Virus record (IMG/VR): IMGVR_UViG_3300005573_000061
DNA length: 64,000 nucleotides
Strand: one strand, 5' to 3'
Source: an uncultured virus (IMG/VR IMGVR_UViG_3300005573_000061)
Taxonomy: Duplodnaviria; Heunggongvirae; Uroviricota; Caudoviricetes
The notes below the pieces were generated by a model. That model made no database searches and was not told the origin of the DNA. It was given only the letters and a program-made list of their open reading frames with translations. The position numbers were made by a program, and so were the translations under genes. Of this stretch, positions 59,209 to 64,000 are shown one piece after another; within the stretch, counting starts at the first letter, position 1; each line of letters opens with the position of its first letter.

Positions 59209-61748
59209 TACATCATTCCTCCATAGCCGCCCTTGACTACATCATATAGACCCGCACCCGCCTGTCCATATTTTGAAGGAGCCATAATGGTAACTTCAGT
59301 ATTGAATCCGCCACCCTCTGTTAAATCAAAGGTATGGGTTACACTTTTGACATATGCTTGGAACCCGAAATCAACAGCACGCATAATCATCCCAGGGTAT
59401 AGTTCAGGCATAAATGTAATAGGTACAGTAGCGCTAAACTGATTCGCCCAGTTCATTTGAAAAAGGTAGACCGCATACCAAAAAGTAGCTTCTGGGCTCA
59501 CCAGTGTTTCCATTGGTTGGAAGTTAGGACGAATTCCGAATCTGTCTATAATTGATTGAGATAACTTAGATGTAGCTTGGTCGGCTGGGAGATTGAATAA
59601 TTCTCCTAATAGTTCTACTTGCTCGACCGTAGCAATACCCATAGTGGTAGCTATGTTGAATGCTTGAATGGGACCACCGGGACTGGGACCCAAAATAGTT
59701 GGCGTAGATGTACCAGCCACAAATTGGTGGGTAACCAATGCAGCGTCGGACCAAGAAATGGCTAGATCCTCTAGTTCAATAGCTTGAACATCCATAACTG
59801 CTGCGGTTCCATAGATATTGAAATAGTCAGGGAACCAACACATCATGTCACCATTGGGTGCAGCACACCACGAACGCATAGCAGCTTTAATAATCATGTC
59901 AAAATATGGCAAAACTGGCTGATCATTCATAAGCGATCTAACACCAGAAAGTGTTTGTGAAAGAGGATCTGGTCCTTGACCAAACCAGTCCCAAATAGTA
60001 ATTAGCTGGTTTCCACCACCATTATTTGCACCACTTACAATAGTGTTTTGAACACCTAAGGTAGATGAATAGCTAGCTGATCCATTGGTGGTATCACCTT
60101 GAGTATTTACTCTTCCAATGCCTACAAATTGATTACCACTCAAAGCTGCTGTAGTGATATTGCACCCAGCCGAGGGATCAGAAGCTTGAGCCATTTGACC
60201 ATTACCAATGTACATAGCTACGTGACCGGGAGATGTGGAAGTACCTCCATCTCCCACACCTATATAGAATATGAGATCCCCGATTTGTATGTCTTTTGGA
60301 GGGATGCAGTTTGCTCCATTGTTGGTTGTTTGAGCGTATTGCATCTGAGAGTCCCCGGGTAATGTGACCCCAGCAACTTCCCATGCACATCCAACTAAAG
60401 CTGAGCAATCTACTCCAGTAGACTTAAGATTTTTTAAATTGGTATCCCATCCACTCGGACCTCCTCTGCCTGCGCCAAATACATATGGAGTTTTTTGATC
60501 CACAATTTTTACAGCAAAATTAGCAGCAGCAGCAGCAGGCCCACTAGCGGTCGCTACCTGTCCCCCAATGGCACTCCCTGTAGTGTAGGCTGTAGTAGCA
60601 GCCGCACTTCTTGTTGAATTCATTAATGCGAGTTGCTTACCATAATTAGATGTTGGACTACTAGGGTGCTTTATTCCGGTGGGAGAATAGTAACCAACAG
60701 TAGTTTGATTAGTGATGTTTTGATCCACCCACCCGATATTTACATCATCTCCCACCTTTAATTTCAATGCCGTCAAAACATTCTGGGATAAACAAATTCC
60801 AGCATTAGCAACACTCAATTCTTGTGTACTTTGAGGGGTACCATTGGAAAATCTATTACTAGTGGATGCAGGGCTCTCTACCGGTCCCCATCCTATGGGT
60901 TCTACTACCACCCCAGATCCAGTTTTTACATTTTCAACAAAGAGTTTTTGCTTTTTGAGAAAATTGATTGCATCTTCTTCAGTTACCTGTTTGTTGGGTG
61001 AGCCTGTTGGTCTTGTGAGATATCCCCACTGCATAGCACACCAGAAGTCGTTTACCGAGTCTGTAAATTTGAGAGAGCCGCTAGGAGCAATATTAGTAAC
61101 CGTTCCTATACTGGTAGGCAATTCAGCACCAGGAACTAATTTAACTTGACCATTTAGCGCATTGCTACCTCCAATACTGCCCGCTCCTCCCAGCAAAGAG
61201 TAAGAGTTACCGTAGTCTCGATTCACCAGATTGTATTGACTTGTAATAGAATTAAGCCATGCTGGAGGTAAATTACCTATATGAATTCTCGACGGTTGAT
61301 AACCAACCACATCAGTAAGGATGGTTTTAGCTAGTCCACTCAATCCGCTATCTGTTGAGTTTGTACTATATTGATAGCGACTCATTAGATTAAATGCCGC
61401 CATAGAGCCTGGATCCCAAAAATGATAAAGGGCTCTTTTGTTAGCGCAGTATCCACTGATGCCGATCGAACGAGGCCATGCAGTTAGAAGAGGCACCGAA
61501 TTTAAATATCCGGTCATAACTACCAATTCATTAATCCTCTTCATATAGATCACAAAACGATCATTTGGGGTAAAGGCATGATCATATTTACGATTCTTAT
61601 TCAGGAGATTGATCTGCATATGATGTAGACCATTCTCATTGATAGTGACTTGACCTGAAACTATATCGTCAGAAATATCGATGTTATGACCAGCCATGGT
61701 GGAATCAATGACCACCCGAATACCTGGATTGTAAACCATAATAGCCAT
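59208..61748 (-). CDS. Baseplate hub protein with inserted NlpC/P60 peptidoglycan peptidase
   Basis: PYVFGA...DCSALV...GDLIFY...GHVAMYIGNG; hub-like N- and C-termini (PELYPG..., YV.SVTH.F...GGF.T). Confidence 0.85.
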   Translation of the reverse strand: MAIMVYNPGIRVVIDSTMAGHNIDISDDIVSGQVTINENGLHHMQINLLNKNRKYDHAFTPNDRFVIYMKRINELVVMTGYLNSVPLLTAWPRSIGISGYCANKRALYHFWDPGSMAAFNLMSRYQYSTNSTDSGLSGLAKTILTDVVGYQPSRIHIGNLPPAWLNSITSQYNLVNRDYGNSYSLLGGAGSIGGSNALNGQVKLVPGAELPTSIGTVTNIAPSGSLKFTDSVNDFWCAMQWGYLTRPTGSPNKQVTEEDAINFLKKQKLFVENVKTGSGVVVEPIGWGPVESPASTSNRFSNGTPQSTQELSVANAGICLSQNVLTALKLKVGDDVNIGWVDQNITNQTTVGYYSPTGIKHPSSPTSNYGKQLALMNSTRSAAATTAYTTGSAIGGQVATASGPAAAAANFAVKIVDQKTPYVFGAGRGGPSGWDTNLKNLKSTGVDCSALVGCAWEVAGVTLPGDSQMQYAQTTNNGANCIPPKDIQIGDLIFYIGVGDGGTSTSPGHVAMYIGNGQMAQASDPSAGCNITTAALSGNQFVGIGRVNTQGDTTNGSASYSSTLGVQNTIVSGANNGGGNQLITIWDWFGQGPDPLSQTLSGVRSLMNDQPVLPYFDMIIKAAMRSWCAAPNGDMMCWFPDYFNIYGTAAVMDVQAIELEDLAISWSDAALVTHQFVAGTSTPTILGPSPGGPIQAFNIATTMGIATVEQVELLGELFNLPADQATSKLSQSIIDRFGIRPNFQPMETLVSPEATFWYAVYLFQMNWANQFSATVPITFMPELYPGMIMRAVDFGFQAYVKSVTHTFDLTEGGGFNTEVTIMAPSKYGQAGAGLYDVVKGGYGGMM

Positions 61749-62464
61749 TAAACACTCACCACCACACGAGGATTAGATGAAAGTGGAGGTGGTCCAGAAT
61801 AGTAGGCATAAGGATCTGCACCCGGATAACTCACTGTTGTTACCGGTGTTGGATTGTATTTACTGTCTTCTACAGATCCGATAGACGCATTGACGTTCAT
61901 ATCAGATGGATAGAAATATAGAGATTGAGAATCAAAATTAGGGTCTGCACTGTTGGGACCTACAAAACTGGAAATAGTGACAGGCTTAGTCGAACTACCG
62001 TATTGCTGACCACCCCTAAAAGTGAGGTTCATAGCCCATGCCACATCTGTAGCTTTATAGTTTTTGTTTGGTCCATCCGTTAGAATACCCGTAAAATCGA
62101 ATCCTCGGGGACCTTGGATACGCATATAAGGAGCAAATTCCCTATTTCTCCAGTCAGATGCGGTTTTCATATATCTGACCGCCCATAGAGTAAAATCTTC
62201 TTTTTCTTCAAAAGTGGAGAATAATAATTCTAAGCTAAATGTAGATTGAAAAACTTGGCGGGTATAGAACATATGAGAGGCATAGCCCTGCGTGGATGGT
62301 CCTCCTTGAGCAAAATCCTCATTACCTCTAATCTCCATACCATAAAGAATGCGTCCAATCTTAACTGAATAAGCCTCCCGATCGTATGAGAGGGTACCGT
62401 TCGGATTGCTTGATTGATAGCGCTTATTTACGGTATGGGGAAGAGGGGGTTTTACTACAGCCAT
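61748..62464 (-). CDS. Putative tail/baseplate protein
   Basis: 238 aa in the tail operon. Confidence 0.55.
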   Translation of the reverse strand: MAVVKPPLPHTVNKRYQSSNPNGTLSYDREAYSVKIGRILYGMEIRGNEDFAQGGPSTQGYASHMFYTRQVFQSTFSLELLFSTFEEKEDFTLWAVRYMKTASDWRNREFAPYMRIQGPRGFDFTGILTDGPNKNYKATDVAWAMNLTFRGGQQYGSSTKPVTISSFVGPNSADPNFDSQSLYFYPSDMNVNASIGSVEDSKYNPTPVTTVSYPGADPYAYYSGPPPLSSNPRVVVSV

Positions 62465-62467
62465 AAA

Positions 62468-62656
62468 TTATCCATGATTGTCGGGGGGTATTAGATTACT
62501 TACCATATCATCTTTTTGTGCTTGATTGAAAATAATAGCTAAGCCGAATTTGGTCATTCCAAAGCCAGTCCCAGCTAGCTCATGAATAATAGGAACCTCA
62601 TCGCTGTTTGGTTCTGGTAATGAGATGGGACCATCACTTCCCCAATCATTAGGCAT
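62468..62656 (-). CDS. Small hypothetical protein
   Basis: 62 aa, SD GGAG. Confidence 0.55.
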   Translation of the reverse strand: MPNDWGSDGPISLPEPNSDEVPIIHELAGTGFGMTKFGLAIIFNQAQKDDMVSNLIPPDNHG

Positions 62657-62668
62657 TTTTTTACTCCC

Positions 62669-63835
62669 TTATACCGATGTATAGCCTTTGTCACTCCAGA
62701 TGGACAAGGAGTTTTGAACTGCCGGATCTCCTGTATTTAATCCTACTCCCGCCATTAAAGCCTTTAAGATTGGTCCATACCAATTAGTAGTTTGAGGAGG
62801 AGTAGTTGTGAAGATATCTACGTATGCCTGAAGACCCTGTTGCCAAGAAGTATAAGCCTGTACTCCTGAGCCGGGGGCGCCCGTAGCATAATTGACAGAC
62901 CCTGGGAGTTGTAAACCACAGTTAAATGGATTGTATTTGGCGGTATTGCCCCAGTTACCACCTTCTTTTCCGTACCAATTATTAAGAGATGTAATATTGG
63001 CTGCTGTTTGAGGGGCGCCCAATGCCTTGAGTAAAGCTACTGACCAATCTTGATAATTAGCAATTGAGCCAGGATCCGATACCGTACCGGCATGACCTTG
63101 AGCACTTGACGCTGAAGTCGGTGGTGTACTATCTCCTTGCGATGAAAGTGTTTGCTCGCCCGGTAGACCAAATTGTTGATTGACCTGTCCAGCATTGATG
63201 GGCTTGGTTGAGGACTCAAAGACATTACCCATGTATCCAGTTTCCTTATATCCAAGTCCCGCCTTGAGTCTGGCGATATAAGCGTTTGATGCTGCTCTTA
63301 CCAAATTTCCCCCGGTATTATCTGCATCAATCATCAATGTCAGATGCCAATCAGGAGCAAAATTTTCATTTTGAAAGTCGATAGCCATTCCGGATGCTGA
63401 CCCATAGCTTTTAAGATATACCATGAAGTCATAATTACGCTGAGGGTAAAAAAATCTAACAGGTCCATGGGGGGCTTTAGCGTATGCCAAAGGAGATGCC
63501 TGATAATTAGCCAGATTCATCATGTCCTCTAAGAATTTGGCTTGTTCTTGCCATCCACCAGCACCGAAAGTACCAATAATATTCAGATCCCCTAATTCCA
63601 CCCCGAATACCTGGACTACCATCCCTCCAATAGTAGGGGTTTCTGATGCTTTTACTCTATAGTCCAATGATATTTTAGTGGGATTGAGGCGAAAATGTAC
63701 CCCATTGAGCACAGCGTTTTGGTAGCCGCTGAGATTGCGGCCAAGAAAGCTAGACCTCACGCCAGGGTTTGGACCCTTATTGACAAAATTATTGGTTTTG
63801 CCAAATGGTTGGGGGAGTCTAGGGTTAGCCACCAT
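62669..63835 (-). CDS. Tail protein with C-terminal lysozyme-like domain
   Basis: N-terminal tube-initiator-like FRLNP..I...; C-terminal W...EGG......YNPFN...VQAY.SWQQG. Confidence 0.6.
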   Translation of the reverse strand: MVANPRLPQPFGKTNNFVNKGPNPGVRSSFLGRNLSGYQNAVLNGVHFRLNPTKISLDYRVKASETPTIGGMVVQVFGVELGDLNIIGTFGAGGWQEQAKFLEDMMNLANYQASPLAYAKAPHGPVRFFYPQRNYDFMVYLKSYGSASGMAIDFQNENFAPDWHLTLMIDADNTGGNLVRAASNAYIARLKAGLGYKETGYMGNVFESSTKPINAGQVNQQFGLPGEQTLSSQGDSTPPTSASSAQGHAGTVSDPGSIANYQDWSVALLKALGAPQTAANITSLNNWYGKEGGNWGNTAKYNPFNCGLQLPGSVNYATGAPGSGVQAYTSWQQGLQAYVDIFTTTPPQTTNWYGPILKALMAGVGLNTGDPAVQNSLSIWSDKGYTSV

Positions 63836-64000
63836 GGGCCGCCGTAGTAGACTGAGGCACCAGCGAATGAGTAGCCCCCGTTTCTCCCATAGATGCGTGT
63901 ACGGTCTTAATGATTTTCTGGAAATATGGGCTCGGTTTTAGATTTAGGTTTACATTTACACTACCGGTTAGCTTCGGTACATTTACCTTAGAACCATTAT
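63825..64000 (-). CDS. 3' end of an upstream gene (possibly tape measure, by position only)
   Basis: Open frame ...GSVNVNLNLKPSPYFQKII...AAHGG* ending at 63825 and overlapping the next ATG. Confidence 0.5.
   Translation of the reverse strand, partial: NGSKVNVPKLTGSVNVNLNLKPSPYFQKIIKTVHASMGETGATHSLVPQSTTAAHGG

Noticed and set aside
1..64000. Stop-codon reassignment
   Set aside because: Conserved genes are intact in code 11, and TAA, TAG and TGA all end tightly coupled genes

Overview
This window is a 64-kb slice of a large tailed dsDNA phage genome. It is a contractile-tailed (myovirus-type) phage, probably infecting an actinobacterium (WhiB, a secreted Rpf, leaderless promoters), although GC looks only low-to-mid 40s by eye. 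Gene content resembles the Bxz1/cluster-C-like large actinophages (my recognition, not a database result). Nearly all genes are on the minus strand. Left to right: (i) head region with portal, an intein-split Zn-ribbon protein and two large low-complexity multi-domain proteins; (ii) accessory enzymes (permuted papain-like amidase, HExxE metalloprotease-like, Cys-His-Asp enzyme, Pol-beta-type nucleotidyltransferase, WhiB, metallophosphoesterase); (iii) class II ribonucleotide reductase, terminase large subunit and a Tad1-like anti-defence sponge; (iv) a recombination/replication module (RuvC, PD-(D/E)xK nucleases, RecA+intein, DnaE+intein, SSB, J-domain-like, primase, DnaB, DnaC, 5'-3' exonuclease, ThyX); (v) a GC-rich patch with DinG, then LysM-Rpf, two tRNA-Thr genes and an AT-rich, repeat-flanked putative origin at the strand switch; (vi) a SNF2-like helicase on the plus strand; (vii) baseplate/tail genes. 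The most notable observations are three atypical inteins, the Tad1-like protein, a possible capsid-targeting leader and polyprotein cleavage signal on head-region proteins, a standalone secreted Rpf with a structured leader, and the origin architecture. No CRISPR array, rRNA, integrase or genetic-code recoding was seen.
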